DNA from: an uncultured Pirellulales bacterium
GTDB lineage: Bacteria; Planctomycetota; Phycisphaerae; Sedimentisphaerales; Anaerobacaceae
NCBI GenBank assembly: GCA_964464635.1
Contig: CAYXGT010000001.1
Coordinates: 1,753-65,752, forward strand
Length of the DNA: 64,000 nucleotides
Direction of reading: 5' to 3'
Part shown: one piece after another, positions 1 to 9,528 of the stretch
How positions within the stretch are numbered: the first letter of the stretch is position 1
Layout of the letters: each line of letters begins with the position of its first letter
Notes under the pieces: generated by a model
The model's input: the letters and a program-made list of their open reading frames with translations, nothing else
What the model was told of the DNA's origin: nothing
Databases searched by the model: none
Program-made: the position numbers and the translations under genes

Positions 1-794
1 GCACTTACGACGTTTCTCATATCTGCTCGACGGCCTTCTCTGTCAATGCCTACCGGGCCATTGAGATTAAATTGAATCTCCTGGTCGCTTTCGGCAAGAT
101 TTTCAATCGTGATATCACACTCCAAAAGGTAACTGCCCTGGACAATCTTATATGACTGGGTCAGCTTTATAACCGCCTTGCCGTCTGATTTATTTATAAT
201 CTCAGCCTCAAAACCGGCTCTGGCAGAACCATCCTCACCCTCTTCAATCCCCAGAAATTTCCAGTCAAGTTTATCCAGTGCCAAACGCTGTTTGTGTTCG
301 ACAAACTCGAATGTGCTGTTTGCCATCGTAATTATTTCGCTTCCGCCGTTAAGTTTAAGCGGTGAAAGCAGAACCAGAGGCTTCGGATTTTTGTAATCGC
401 AGTCATCAAAGCCCTTGTCGTCTCCGTTGCTGAACGTAACTTTTCTTATCCCCGCCCCCTTTGAGCTAAGCTCCAGCTGATACCTGAAACCGGTTTCGGG
501 GTCCTCAGTACAGGGGTCCTGCGCGCCGAAGATAACCGTACAGGGGTCACTTTGAAACGCCCCAAACGAAGGCTCGGCAGGCTCCTGCTGTTCCGGCAAA
601 TCTTCCTCAATCCCGGCATCCGTTTCTCCGTCATCCTTCGCGGTTATAGTAGATTGCTGTAGAAATACGAAATGCCCTTGCTGTGAAAGGTTAGCCTCGA
701 AAAGGCCGCTATCGACAACTAAAAAACCGCAAAAAACGACAAAACCGGCTACTATCGAAAACAAAAACGCCGGAAATGCAAGTTTACCACTCAT
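1..794 (-). CDS. yidC: Membrane protein insertase YidC, N-terminal part (gene runs off the left edge)
   Basis: Hand translation shows a minus-strand frame open from ATG 794..792 to position 1. It is absent from the ORF track because no stop lies in the window. An N-terminal TM (FPAFLFSIVAGFVVFCGFLVV) is followed by YidC-periplasmic-domain-like strings (FRYQLELSSKGAGIRKVTF; LTQSYKIVQGSYLLECDITIENL...LNGPVGIDRE). Confidence 0.5.
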   Translation of the reverse strand, partial: MSGKLAFPAFLFSIVAGFVVFCGFLVVDSGLFEANLSQQGHFVFLQQSTITAKDDGETDAGIEEDLPEQQEPAEPSFGAFQSDPCTVIFGAQDPCTEDPETGFRYQLELSSKGAGIRKVTFSNGDDKGFDDCDYKNPKPLVLLSPLKLNGGSEIITMANSTFEFVEHKQRLALDKLDWKFLGIEEGEDGSARAGFEAEIINKSDGKAVIKLTQSYKIVQGSYLLECDITIENLAESDQEIQFNLNGPVGIDREGRRADMRNVVS

Positions 795-862
795 ATCAAT
801 AAAATCCTCTCTTTACCTTTTTGCATATCTGTAATAACAGGCAGGCTTAGACAAACAGCCAT

Positions 863-1639
863 TCATCTGCCTTCCTTAAGACGCTCAGCGTGAAAATCAT
901 CAAGCTGCTCTATCGCTCTTATCTTCTCGACGGTCTTGTCAACATCATACTCCACCCTTACAAAGTGAAGCTTGTTTTCCTCAACATACGCGTAACTTGC
1001 CCGCCAGTCCTTGTCTCTCGGCTGACCCACCGAACCAATATTGATAATCGCCTTCTCATTATCAACGATAGGATATACATTGTTCAGCTCATCCGGCAGA
1101 TAAAAGTCCGGCTCATTCAAGAATACACCGGGCACGTGAGTATGGCCGACAAAACAGATATGGCTGACGCGGTCGAACAATACCCGAACCTTAACGGGAT
1201 TGGTATAAACATCATCGGGGAAGATATATTCATTAATAGGCCGGCGGGGCGAGGCGTGAACAAAATCGAATGTTACAATCCGCCCTCCAAGGCGAGTCCG
1301 CAGGCTGCGGCGCATCGGAAGTATCCCCAAAAAACGCCACCATTTCTTGCTTGCCTCAGTTGATTCAGCCTGCTCCATTACATCCCGCGTCCAGAAACTG
1401 GCCTGCTCCGCGGCATAGTTAAAGTTTGTCGGCTCATAGAAAACCGCATAATCGTGGTTGCCGAGTACGCACCATTTGGTCCTCTCAATTACCAAATTGA
1501 GGCATTCGCCGGGATTAGGCCCGTATCCGACAACATCACCAAGACAGTAAATGGTCTCAATGCCGCGCTTCTCGATATCATCGAGAACAGCCGTCAACGC
1601 TTCTAAATTGGAATGTATATCGCTTATAACAGCAAACAT
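863..1639 (-). CDS. Metallophosphoesterase (calcineurin-like, YfcE/MJ0936-type)
   Basis: Ordered metallophosphatase motifs are present: SDIHSN, GDVVGYGP, GNHD, GHTH. Confidence 0.8.
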   Translation of the reverse strand: MFAVISDIHSNLEALTAVLDDIEKRGIETIYCLGDVVGYGPNPGECLNLVIERTKWCVLGNHDYAVFYEPTNFNYAAEQASFWTRDVMEQAESTEASKKWWRFLGILPMRRSLRTRLGGRIVTFDFVHASPRRPINEYIFPDDVYTNPVKVRVLFDRVSHICFVGHTHVPGVFLNEPDFYLPDELNNVYPIVDNEKAIINIGSVGQPRDKDWRASYAYVEENKLHFVRVEYDVDKTVEKIRAIEQLDDFHAERLKEGR

Positions 1640-1866
1640 AAACCAAAATACCTGAAAAGTATTTACCTTACGTACTTACAAAGTTTTACTTAATAACAAA
1701 AAATCAAATAAAATGCCAGAACATTTATCTGCCGGTCATAAAAAGGGATTCAAGCAAAAACCTTCGATAAAAAGCGAAGCCGGCAGCTATTTATTTGCTT
1801 TGTGACAGAGCATTGTTATAATACCTGCTAAAAAGTACTGAAGAACAATATAAAAGGTACAACAAA

Positions 1867-2607
1867 ATGAACGATTCTATTCTTTTTGAAACTCACGACC
1901 TGGTAAAAAAATACTCCGGCAGAACGGTCGTCAACGAAATCTCTCTGACGATCGCTCGAAACTCCATCGTGGGGCTGCTCGGCAGAAACGGGGCGGGAAA
2001 GACAACAACTTTTAGAATGATTATGGGTATGATTGTTCCCAATAACGGCACGGTCGTCTTCCATGGAAATGATATCACCACCCTTCCGATGTACAAAAGA
2101 GCCCGCCTCGGAATAGGATACCTCTCGCAGGAGCCGAGCATCTTTCAAAGACTGTCCGTAAGAGACAATCTCCACGCTATCCTTGAAACTATGTCTTTGA
2201 CGTCACAAGAGCGAACGAAAAGGGCAGATGCGCTAATAGAGCGGTTTGCACTGACTGAAGTCGCCGAAAGCCATGGCAGATTCCTCTCGGGCGGGGAACG
2301 CAGAAAGCTGGAAATCGCCCGCGCTATGGTAACTGAGCCCTCACTGATATTGCTCGACGAGCCGTTTAGCGGCGTGGACCCAATCGCCGTCGAGGACCTC
2401 CAGAAACAAATCCGCCACCTCGTCGCTTCCGGAGTGAGTATCCTCGTAACCGACCACAACGTCGAAAGAACGCTTGAGGTTGTGAGCAAGGCTTATATCA
2501 TTGACCACGGAAAGGTCATAGGCGCAGGAAGCCCGGCTGAAATCGTCCAGAACGAGACCGTCAGAAAGCTGTACCTCGGCGAGTCATTTACCGCACACTA
2601 TTCATAG
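1867..2607 (+). CDS. lptB: LPS export ABC transporter ATP-binding protein LptB
   Basis: Walker A GRNGAGKTT, signature LSGGERRKLEIARA and Walker B LILLDEP are present. At 246 aa it has the LptB-like size and sequence style. Confidence 0.8.
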   Translation: MNDSILFETHDLVKKYSGRTVVNEISLTIARNSIVGLLGRNGAGKTTTFRMIMGMIVPNNGTVVFHGNDITTLPMYKRARLGIGYLSQEPSIFQRLSVRDNLHAILETMSLTSQERTKRADALIERFALTEVAESHGRFLSGGERRKLEIARAMVTEPSLILLDEPFSGVDPIAVEDLQKQIRHLVASGVSILVTDHNVERTLEVVSKAYIIDHGKVIGAGSPAEIVQNETVRKLYLGESFTAHYS

Positions 2608-2629
2608 AGAAAATAACAGGCGAAAAAAA

Positions 2630-3145
2630 TTGACTGATATTGAGAAATGTAAAATAACGCATTACCCGGCTGATGTGCTGGCCAAACCGGCTGAACCTGT
2701 CGAGAAAATCGACGAGTCAATTCGCAAAATCGTCCAGAAAATGACCGAGATTATGCTCGAACATAAAGGTATCGGCCTGGCAGGTCCGCAGGCAAGTGTG
2801 CCGCTGCGAATATTTATCATTTCACTCGACGGAACAAAAGAGAATGTGAAAGTATATATCAACCCGACAGTAACCTGCGAGGGAAAGCTCGACGCAGCCG
2901 AAGAAGGATGCCTGTCCGTACCGGGCGTATATACAAAGGTAAGAAGGTATAAAAAATGCACCGTGACAGCCACCGACCTTGACGGAAACAAGTTCACCGA
3001 AGAAGCAGAAGGATTGTATGCAAGATGCCTGCAGCACGAATACGACCATATCGGGGGCACAACAATCGCCGACAAAATGTCAACTGCTTCTAAAATAGCC
3101 AATCGAAAAAAACTAAAAAAACTTATGGAAGAACAGCAGCCATAA
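2630..3145 (+). CDS. def: Peptide deformylase
   Basis: All three PDF motifs are present: GIGLAGPQ, EGCLSVPG, QHEYDHIGG. The start is TTG and fmt lies immediately downstream. Confidence 0.9.
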   Translation: MTDIEKCKITHYPADVLAKPAEPVEKIDESIRKIVQKMTEIMLEHKGIGLAGPQASVPLRIFIISLDGTKENVKVYINPTVTCEGKLDAAEEGCLSVPGVYTKVRRYKKCTVTATDLDGNKFTEEAEGLYARCLQHEYDHIGGTTIADKMSTASKIANRKKLKKLMEEQQP

Positions 3146-3149
3146 AAAA

Positions 3150-4103
3150 ATGAAAATCGTCTATCTCGGCAGCGGCCAGTTCGGTATCGAATCCTTAAAT
3201 GCACTGGAAGAATCCAGCCACAGAATTGAACTAATCGCAACCCAGCCTCCTCAGCCGGCAGGCAGAGGCAGAAAAACAACACCAACACCGGTAAGCAACT
3301 GGGCAAAACAACACCAGATAAAGCTCATCGAAACAGAAGACGTTAACAGCCTGCAGATAATAGAGACGGTCATTGCCTCGAAACCTGACATTCTCATCGT
3401 AATTGCTTTTGGCCAGAAGCTCGATAACAAACTGATAGACATTGCCCCCAAAAAAGCAATAAATGTCCACGCATCGCTGCTGCCGAAATATCGCGGTGCC
3501 GCTCCGATTAACTGGGCGATAATAAACGGCGAAAAACAGACCGGTATCAGCATAATCACGCTCGCCGAGAAAATAGATGCAGGCCAAATCGTAAACCAAT
3601 TAGCAACCGATATCGCCCCCGACGAAACAGCAGGAGCTCTTCACGACAGATTAGCCAAAATGGCCGCCCCGCTGCTTCTCGATACCCTGGCTCTGATTGA
3701 AACAGACAAGGCCATTTATAAACCTCAGGACGATTCAAAAGCGACAAGAGCACCAAAGCTAAACAAATCCGATGCCTTTATCGATTTCGCAGAGCCTGCA
3801 GAAACCGTCAGAAGAAAAATTCTCGGCTTCTGGCCCTGGCCTGGAGCGACCGTTTATTACATTTCAAAAAAAACAGGAAAATCCGAACGCACAACAATCG
3901 CCGATGCAAGAACAGTACCGCACAATAATCCTCAAAATCTTCAACCCTGCACTCTCGACGAAAATCTGGACATTATTTGCAGCCGGGATGCTCTTAAAAT
4001 TACAAAAATAAAACCGGCGGGCGGAAAGCTTATGAATTTCAGGGATTTTGTTAACGGTAGAAATTGCCGGCCCGGCGATATGTTCGTCAAAATAGAAAAA
4101 TAG
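3150..4103 (+). CDS. fmt: Methionyl-tRNA formyltransferase
   Basis: N-terminus KIVYLGSGQFG and HASLLPKYRGAAPINWAIINGEKQTGISI match Fmt. It sits in the conserved def-fmt-rsmB order with 4-nt and 3-nt gaps. Confidence 0.9.
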   Translation: MKIVYLGSGQFGIESLNALEESSHRIELIATQPPQPAGRGRKTTPTPVSNWAKQHQIKLIETEDVNSLQIIETVIASKPDILIVIAFGQKLDNKLIDIAPKKAINVHASLLPKYRGAAPINWAIINGEKQTGISIITLAEKIDAGQIVNQLATDIAPDETAGALHDRLAKMAAPLLLDTLALIETDKAIYKPQDDSKATRAPKLNKSDAFIDFAEPAETVRRKILGFWPWPGATVYYISKKTGKSERTTIADARTVPHNNPQNLQPCTLDENLDIICSRDALKITKIKPAGGKLMNFRDFVNGRNCRPGDMFVKIEK

Positions 4104-4106
4104 CCT

Positions 4107-5486
4107 ATGGCTAAAGCTGCAAAAAAAATTTCAAAATCCTCAGCTCGCTTCGCAGCAGCAACCGTACTAAATCAACTCGACCCAAAAACAAATTATGCGG
4201 AATCTATTCTTAACAAAATTCTGCTGCCGAAAGAACGGACTCAGCAGGCTACAGACCTTGTATATGGTACTTTAAGAAACCGTCAGGCCATCGATATGGT
4301 TATCGCCAAATTCGCCAACTGCCCAACAACAAGAATACCGGGTAAAATCCTCAACATCTTACGAATCGGCGTTTACGAGCTTATCTATTGTCCTCATACA
4401 GCCGAATACGCAATTGTCAATGAAGCAGCCGAAAACGCAAAATCTATAGCAGGAAAAAAACAAATTGCTTTTGTAAATGCGGTCCTTCGCAAAATTTTAA
4501 GCCATATAACAAAAAGACAAACCCGACTAACGGATACAAAACGCACACTGCCTCAAAACCCTGACTTCGGCTGTGAGTTCGACACTGATTTGCTGCCGGA
4601 TGCCAAAAAGCAGCCGGATAATTTTCTTACAAAAGCATTTTCGCTGCCAAAATGGCTGATTACCGGCTGGCTCAATGAATACGGCCCGGAAAAAACCCGG
4701 CAAATCTGCTTTGCTTCAAACCGAAAACCTTCAATTTACTTAAGGCCGAACACGATTCAGGTAACCGCAGAACAATTAGCTAAAATGTTAACAAAAGCCG
4801 GTATAGATGCTGAAACAATCGCCGAAGAAATGATAAGGGTCAAATCACCAAAACGTATAACAGAGCTTGCCGGTTTTGATGAAGGCCTTTTCAGTGTTCA
4901 GGACACAACCGCAGCACTGCCGGTAAAGCTTCTCGCACCGAAGGCAAACTGGAAAATCCTCGATTTCTGCGCAGCACCGGGCACGAAAACAACGCAGCTC
5001 GCCGAACTTACAAACGATAATGCACAAATATTCGCAACCGATATCGACAGCAAACGCTTCCAGCTTGTTAAAGAAAATATCAAGCGGCTGAGACTAAAAA
5101 GTATAAAAACATTCGAATTCGAGCAATTACACAAAATCCTTTACAGAATCAGAAAATTCGACGTCGTCCTGCTCGATGTACCCTGCTCAAACACCGGTGT
5201 ACTTGCGAAAAGAGTCGAGCTGCGCTACAGAATCTCAAAAAAAGCTGTCAGCCGCCTTGCTCAAACACAAGCCAGGCTTCTCGATACGGCCGCGGAGCTA
5301 ATACAGAAAGGCGGTAGAATCTGTTATTCAACCTGCAGCATTCAAAATCAGGAGAATAATCAGTTAATAAAAAACTTCCTGAAGACGAACCGAAATTTCA
5401 GACTCGAATCTGAAAACCTCACACTGCCGTCGGCACAAGGCTTCGACCATGACGGTGGCTATACAGCTATCCTCATAAAAGATTAG
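4107..5486 (+). CDS. rsmB: 16S rRNA (cytosine967-C5)-methyltransferase RsmB/Sun
   Basis: A NusB-like N-terminal region is followed by the SAM site DFCAAPGTKT and the catalytic strings LLDVPCSNTGV and YSTCS. Synteny with def-fmt supports the call. Confidence 0.85.
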   Translation: MAKAAKKISKSSARFAAATVLNQLDPKTNYAESILNKILLPKERTQQATDLVYGTLRNRQAIDMVIAKFANCPTTRIPGKILNILRIGVYELIYCPHTAEYAIVNEAAENAKSIAGKKQIAFVNAVLRKILSHITKRQTRLTDTKRTLPQNPDFGCEFDTDLLPDAKKQPDNFLTKAFSLPKWLITGWLNEYGPEKTRQICFASNRKPSIYLRPNTIQVTAEQLAKMLTKAGIDAETIAEEMIRVKSPKRITELAGFDEGLFSVQDTTAALPVKLLAPKANWKILDFCAAPGTKTTQLAELTNDNAQIFATDIDSKRFQLVKENIKRLRLKSIKTFEFEQLHKILYRIRKFDVVLLDVPCSNTGVLAKRVELRYRISKKAVSRLAQTQARLLDTAAELIQKGGRICYSTCSIQNQENNQLIKNFLKTNRNFRLESENLTLPSAQGFDHDGGYTAILIKD

Positions 5487-5522
5487 CTGCATATAAAATC
5501 GTCGTAACACAAACTGCAAATC

Positions 5523-5632
5523 AAATCCACAACTTTTCCACAGGCCCGATTTGGGCTGTGCAAAACTTGTGAAAAACAAATTTTTTTCGCGCGCAAACCC
5601 AACTGCAACAATACCCTCCGGCAAGTGGAAAA
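5523..5632. promoter_or_regulatory. Cluster of DnaA-box-like 9-mers upstream of dnaA (candidate oriC/dnaA autoregulatory region)
   Basis: Compared with TTATCCACA: AAATCCACA (5523-5531), TTTTCCACA (5534-5542, 1 mismatch, 11 bp after the first), TGTGAAAAA (5568-5576, complement TTTTTCACA) and AGTGGAAAA (5624-5632, complement TTTTCCACT). There is no perfect box. Confidence 0.35.
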
Positions 5633-5732
5633 GAAATTCCGAAAAAAGGCATTGAATAGTTTTGCGAGCGGCCAATAATAACAACGAGAACAATAGAAAA
5701 AAGCTGTTTTTTTAGAAACAAGGAGTGTTTCA

Positions 5733-7163
5733 ATGCGGACTATAATCACGGATGATTTATCCTGTACAGCCGAGTCCCAAATCAGTGCTGTTAAACAGGC
5801 TATCGCCGAAGAAATAGGAACAAAAAAGTACAGGATATGGTTTGAGAACTCGGCCAGGCTTACAATTGCAGAAGGGTATGTAAAGATTGGCGTCCCGAAT
5901 CTTTTCATAGCAAACTGGATTGAAAGCCACTTTGCAAAAGAAATCAATCAGGCTGTGGAGCGTGTAACAGAAAAAAGAATAAAAATAACTTTCGCAATAG
6001 ACCCTGAACTTGGCGGCAGGCAAAAACAAATACCGTCAGGGCCTGAGAACGAAACACTAAATCCACAGCAGGATAAAACAACACAGCGTGCAGGAAAAAA
6101 ACCTGACAAGTGCAGAAAATTAAAATTAAATCTGGATGACTTTGTCGTTGGCTCATCAAACGAGCTTGCTTACAGCACCGCAAAGGCCGTCGCCAACGAT
6201 GATAAGGTATCATTTAATCCGCTGTTTATTCACGGAGGATACGGGGTCGGTAAGACGCATCTGCTGCAAGGGATTTGCAATGCGGTGCAGAAGAACCGGC
6301 CCGGAACTAATTGGCTTTATCTGTCAGCGGAGGATTTTGTCAATCAGTTCGTGCTGGCCTTGAAGACAAAAAAGCTGGAGGCTTTCAGACGCCGAATGCG
6401 GCAAACGGATTTGCTTGCCATCGACGACATTCACTTCTTGGCCAGCAAACTTTCCAGCCAGGAGGAATTCCTGCATACATTCAACTCTATCAACCTCGCC
6501 GGAAAACAGGTGGTCTTTGCCTCCGATGCACATCCAAAAATGATAGGTCACCTCTCAGATAAGCTCGTAAATCGGTTCATTTCCGGTATGGTCGTTAAAA
6601 TCGACAATCCCGACCTCAACACAAGATGCCAGATATGCAAACAATTCGCCGTCCACAGACGTGTGCACATCCCTGAAAGTGTAATCAAATACATCGCAGA
6701 AAACATCCGTTCCAACGTCAGAGAATTACAGGGTGCCGTTCTGAAACTAATCGCTTTCTCCGCATTACAAAATCAAAAAATAAATCTGCACACCGCAAAA
6801 GAAATCCTTTCAGAGCACTTGTCCAGAACAGACCCCATCGTCCACATCTCCGATATCGAGTCAGCCGTTGCAGCCTTCTTCGGCATTACCACCTCCGACC
6901 TGCACTCCTCGAAAAAAGACAGAACCATTTCGCTTGCAAGACATTTCAGTATGTACCTTGCAAGAAAACATACAAGTATGTCCAGCCCGGAGATAGGCAA
7001 ATGTATGGGCAATAAGAATCATGCAACGGTGCTGCTGGCCTGTAAAAGAATAGAAGAACAGGTTAAGGCAAATGTGCATCTGCACTGGAACAGCCCCGCC
7101 GGAAACAAGGTCTCAAAGGCAAGAACAATCCTCGCAAAGCTGGAAAATGCAATTGCAGGTTGA
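5733..7163 (+). CDS. dnaA: Chromosomal replication initiator protein DnaA
   Basis: AAA+ Walker A GGYGVGKTHLLQ and Walker B LLAIDDIHFL are present, followed by a C-terminal DnaA-box-binding domain (ISLARHFSMYLARKHT...IGKCMG.KNHATVL). Confidence 0.95.
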   Translation: MRTIITDDLSCTAESQISAVKQAIAEEIGTKKYRIWFENSARLTIAEGYVKIGVPNLFIANWIESHFAKEINQAVERVTEKRIKITFAIDPELGGRQKQIPSGPENETLNPQQDKTTQRAGKKPDKCRKLKLNLDDFVVGSSNELAYSTAKAVANDDKVSFNPLFIHGGYGVGKTHLLQGICNAVQKNRPGTNWLYLSAEDFVNQFVLALKTKKLEAFRRRMRQTDLLAIDDIHFLASKLSSQEEFLHTFNSINLAGKQVVFASDAHPKMIGHLSDKLVNRFISGMVVKIDNPDLNTRCQICKQFAVHRRVHIPESVIKYIAENIRSNVRELQGAVLKLIAFSALQNQKINLHTAKEILSEHLSRTDPIVHISDIESAVAAFFGITTSDLHSSKKDRTISLARHFSMYLARKHTSMSSPEIGKCMGNKNHATVLLACKRIEEQVKANVHLHWNSPAGNKVSKARTILAKLENAIAG

Positions 7164-7189
7164 TGCTGAATTAAGTCTCTTAAAAACAA

Positions 7190-7213
7190 GGCGGCCTCGC
7201 CTTCGAGGCCGCC
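7190..7213. terminator. Bidirectional intrinsic terminator hairpin between dnaA and the convergent RHS-tip gene
   Basis: Perfect 10-bp GC-rich stem GGCGGCCTCG/CGAGGCCGCC with a 4-nt loop. A/T-rich runs lie on both flanks (AAAAACAA before, AAAATTGTTT after). Confidence 0.6.
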
Positions 7214-7286
7214 AAAATTGTTTCGGAGGAAGATGAGTTATTTCTAATTTTTTTACGAGCCGAAGAGTATTTTGTTCGGTAAAACC

Positions 7287-7655
7287 TTAATAAAATTGCC
7301 AACCTCCTGTATAAGCTAAACTTACAATCACAATCCCCCTTTTTGTTAATCTACGTGATACATTATTTTCTGTTTTCTCTTCTTGACAACAATATGTAAA
7401 ATTAATACCTATCATATCCAATCCCATAGGATCATATAATGAGATAGGATTAGCTTTAACAAACTCGTATAAATTGAAACCTCTTTTATACTGTTTTCTA
7501 AAATAAAAGTGATTTTCATTACCTCCCGCGGGATTAATGCCCAGCGGGTCTCGTTGCAGCCATCGGCCGGTAGTGTAGTCATAGGTAGCATGAGAGATAC
7601 TTGCTGAAACTAAGACAACAAACAGAAAACAGCTAAACAGTAATAACTTCCGCAT
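7287..7655 (-). CDS. Small secreted protein: signal peptide fused directly to the terminal RHS/YD core motif plus a short C-terminal tip
   Basis: The internal ATG at 7655 gives MRKLLLFSCFLFVVLVSASISHA, followed at once by YDYTTGRWLQRDPLGINPAGG...NLYEFVKANPISLYDPMGL (RHS repeat-associated core end) and about 45 further residues. The upstream extension in the ORF track looks non-coding. Confidence 0.6.
   Translation of the reverse strand: MRKLLLFSCFLFVVLVSASISHATYDYTTGRWLQRDPLGINPAGGNENHFYFRKQYKRGFNLYEFVKANPISLYDPMGLDMIGINFTYCCQEEKTENNVSRRLTKRGIVIVSLAYTGGWQFY
7521..7580. repeat. 60-nt segment homologous to 9177-9236 (shared RHS-core-end coding block)
   Basis: By hand count 51/60 positions are identical, including a 23-nt identical run AGCCATCGGCCGGTAGTGTAGTC (7558-7580 = 9214-9236). 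Confidence 0.8.
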
Positions 7656-7808
7656 TTTAATTAACCTTAATTTTCTCGCTATCCCACATTCTATATACAA
7701 TTATGTCAATAAAAAGCAACATTTTTCTTTGACATGTTTATAATATAATAATATATATTTCTGTTATATTGCATTTTCAAAAAGCTAATGTGATCTCGGA
7801 GGTTTTAA

Positions 7809-8462
7809 TCATTTGCCAACCACTATAGGGATAAATTCTGATACATGACCGTCTTTGTCATATAAAAAGACTTCCGGAATCCTATTTGGATCATCCGGCA
7901 AAGATATCCATAGAGGCGGCATTTTCTCTTTGGAAATTGAGAATTCTCCTTCACCCCGCATATATAGAGACCATGCTGTTTCATCTTTGGTTTGATTGGC
8001 TGTGCGTTCCTGGATTGGTATAAGCGCCATAAAGACAGCATGTGGTGAATTCTGGATATAGATCGGATAGCGCTCTTCAACGACGTTTTTTCGCCCGTTT
8101 GAATTTCTTACCTCCCTAATTCCAATTCCTAAAATATTTGCATCTTCGTCAGAAAAAGGGAGAATCAAATAATATTCTCCGCTGTTAGATTGTTTTACCA
8201 CTTTCGCGTAAAATAATATTGGAACTTTATCCACTTGGTCATTATTCCACGCAGATATAGCTCTTGTTATTCGACTTTGGACTCCTTTGTTAATAGGTCT
8301 TGGCAACTTATCGTAAAAGCGTTTAATATTCTCAGCCTGTTTCTTTTTAAATTGATCTTCAGTATCACGTCTTTTGCAAGCTGACATCCCTAATAAGAAA
8401 AATATAATTAATAGCAGGCTAAGGATGTAGTTGTGGTTCTTTCTAACAATGAAAAAATTCAT
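7809..8462 (-). CDS. Hypothetical lipoprotein (candidate immunity protein for the upstream RHS C-terminal domain)
   Basis: Lipobox-like N-terminus LLLIIFFLLGMSAC, with a probable start at the internal Met (8462). No recognisable catalytic motif. It lies immediately downstream of the RHS C-terminal fragment on the same strand. Confidence 0.45.
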   Translation of the reverse strand: MNFFIVRKNHNYILSLLLIIFFLLGMSACKRRDTEDQFKKKQAENIKRFYDKLPRPINKGVQSRITRAISAWNNDQVDKVPILFYAKVVKQSNSGEYYLILPFSDEDANILGIGIREVRNSNGRKNVVEERYPIYIQNSPHAVFMALIPIQERTANQTKDETAWSLYMRGEGEFSISKEKMPPLWISLPDDPNRIPEVFLYDKDGHVSEFIPIVVGK

Positions 8463-8606
8463 TAGCAATATACCTATAATATAATAAAAGACCAATTACT
8501 TCTGAATTATCCTTCAATTATTAGATTTTCACTCACGTTATGTCCTAGTTCCATTATAACATTCCTTGATTAACGCTATAATAAAAATCTCGGAATTAGG
8601 TTTCGA

Positions 8607-9488
8607 CTATTCTTGAGTTTCATATTTACTTAGCCTCCCTCTTCTTCTTCTGCGACGGTTTATCTCATCAATTAAGTTCTCGTATTCTTTAATACAAGAT
8701 TTTAGAGCATTAAGTGCTTCTTCGCAATCGCTGTAAGCTCCATCGATACTACCTTTTTTACAAGGACGATATAATCCCTCCGTAACCTTTACCCACTCTA
8801 ATCCTCCTTTCCTACACATGCATACATATTGGTCTACTTTAATATACGCACACCAGCCACCGAAGTTACATCTAAAAATGTCACTAAGTGTACGGATCAG
8901 TTCTTGAAGAGTTTTACTGGGTATGGTACCCGGATTACCTGTAATCAAATCAATGATATTAGGGTAATTAATAATTTCATCTGATATTTCTTTCAGATAA
9001 GGATCATCCATGCAACACAAAACTGCTAAATCTACAACCTCTCCTTTTACAGCATTCTCTGGAGAGCACTTTTTAAGCCCCATTGCATCATAAAAATAAA
9101 TCGGATTGTTTTTGACATATAGGTAAATATTTACTACATCTTCATATTGTACTTTCGGACTAAATGAATTTTGCTTACCTCCTGCAGGATTAACACCTAT
9201 GGGGTCTCTTTGTAGCCATCGGCCGGTAGTGTAGTCGTAAGAGCGGTTTCTGTTATATTGGATTTTCAAAGAGCCGTCGTCAAGATAATCGGCCTCCCTG
9301 CCCGTAAACAAATATGAAAACAAAGGATAATCATTCTCAGAATAATAGCGGTTATATATCGTCGGCTCACCATAAGCATCATATTCATAACGCCAGTTAA
9401 TGGTACCATAAGCATTCTCAAGAGCTACAGGGCTGAACAAATGGTCGTGGATATAATAATAATCATAGGAATCCTTATTTGCAAGCAA
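8607..9488 (-). CDS. RHS repeat-associated core domain fragment (N-terminally truncated) with a Cys-rich C-terminal domain of unknown function
   Basis: YD-repeat strings (YEYDAYGEP, FTGREADY) precede the core end YDYTTGRWLQRDPIGVNPAGG...NIYLYVKNNPIYFYDAMGL. About 150 aa of Cys-rich tail and an R-rich end follow. There is only a TTG start, and the RHS-like frame stays open upstream to about 9539 (..ATFVFGNYIDEVL) without an ATG. Confidence 0.7.
   Translation of the reverse strand: MLANKDSYDYYYIHDHLFSPVALENAYGTINWRYEYDAYGEPTIYNRYYSENDYPLFSYLFTGREADYLDDGSLKIQYNRNRSYDYTTGRWLQRDPIGVNPAGGKQNSFSPKVQYEDVVNIYLYVKNNPIYFYDAMGLKKCSPENAVKGEVVDLAVLCCMDDPYLKEISDEIINYPNIIDLITGNPGTIPSKTLQELIRTLSDIFRCNFGGWCAYIKVDQYVCMCRKGGLEWVKVTEGLYRPCKKGSIDGAYSDCEEALNALKSCIKEYENLIDEINRRRRRRGRLSKYETQE
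9177..9236. repeat. 60-nt segment homologous to 7521-7580
   Basis: See the paired feature at 7521-7580: 51/60 identical with a 23-nt identical run. Confidence 0.8.
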
Positions 9489-9528
9489 AACTTCGTCAAT
9501 ATAATTGCCAAAGACAAACGTTGCTCTA

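Noticed and set aside
2662-3306. 214-aa minus-strand ORF across def/fmt
   Set aside because: It is antisense to two unambiguous housekeeping genes. It is Cys/Ser/Phe-rich with no motifs, so it is a shadow ORF.
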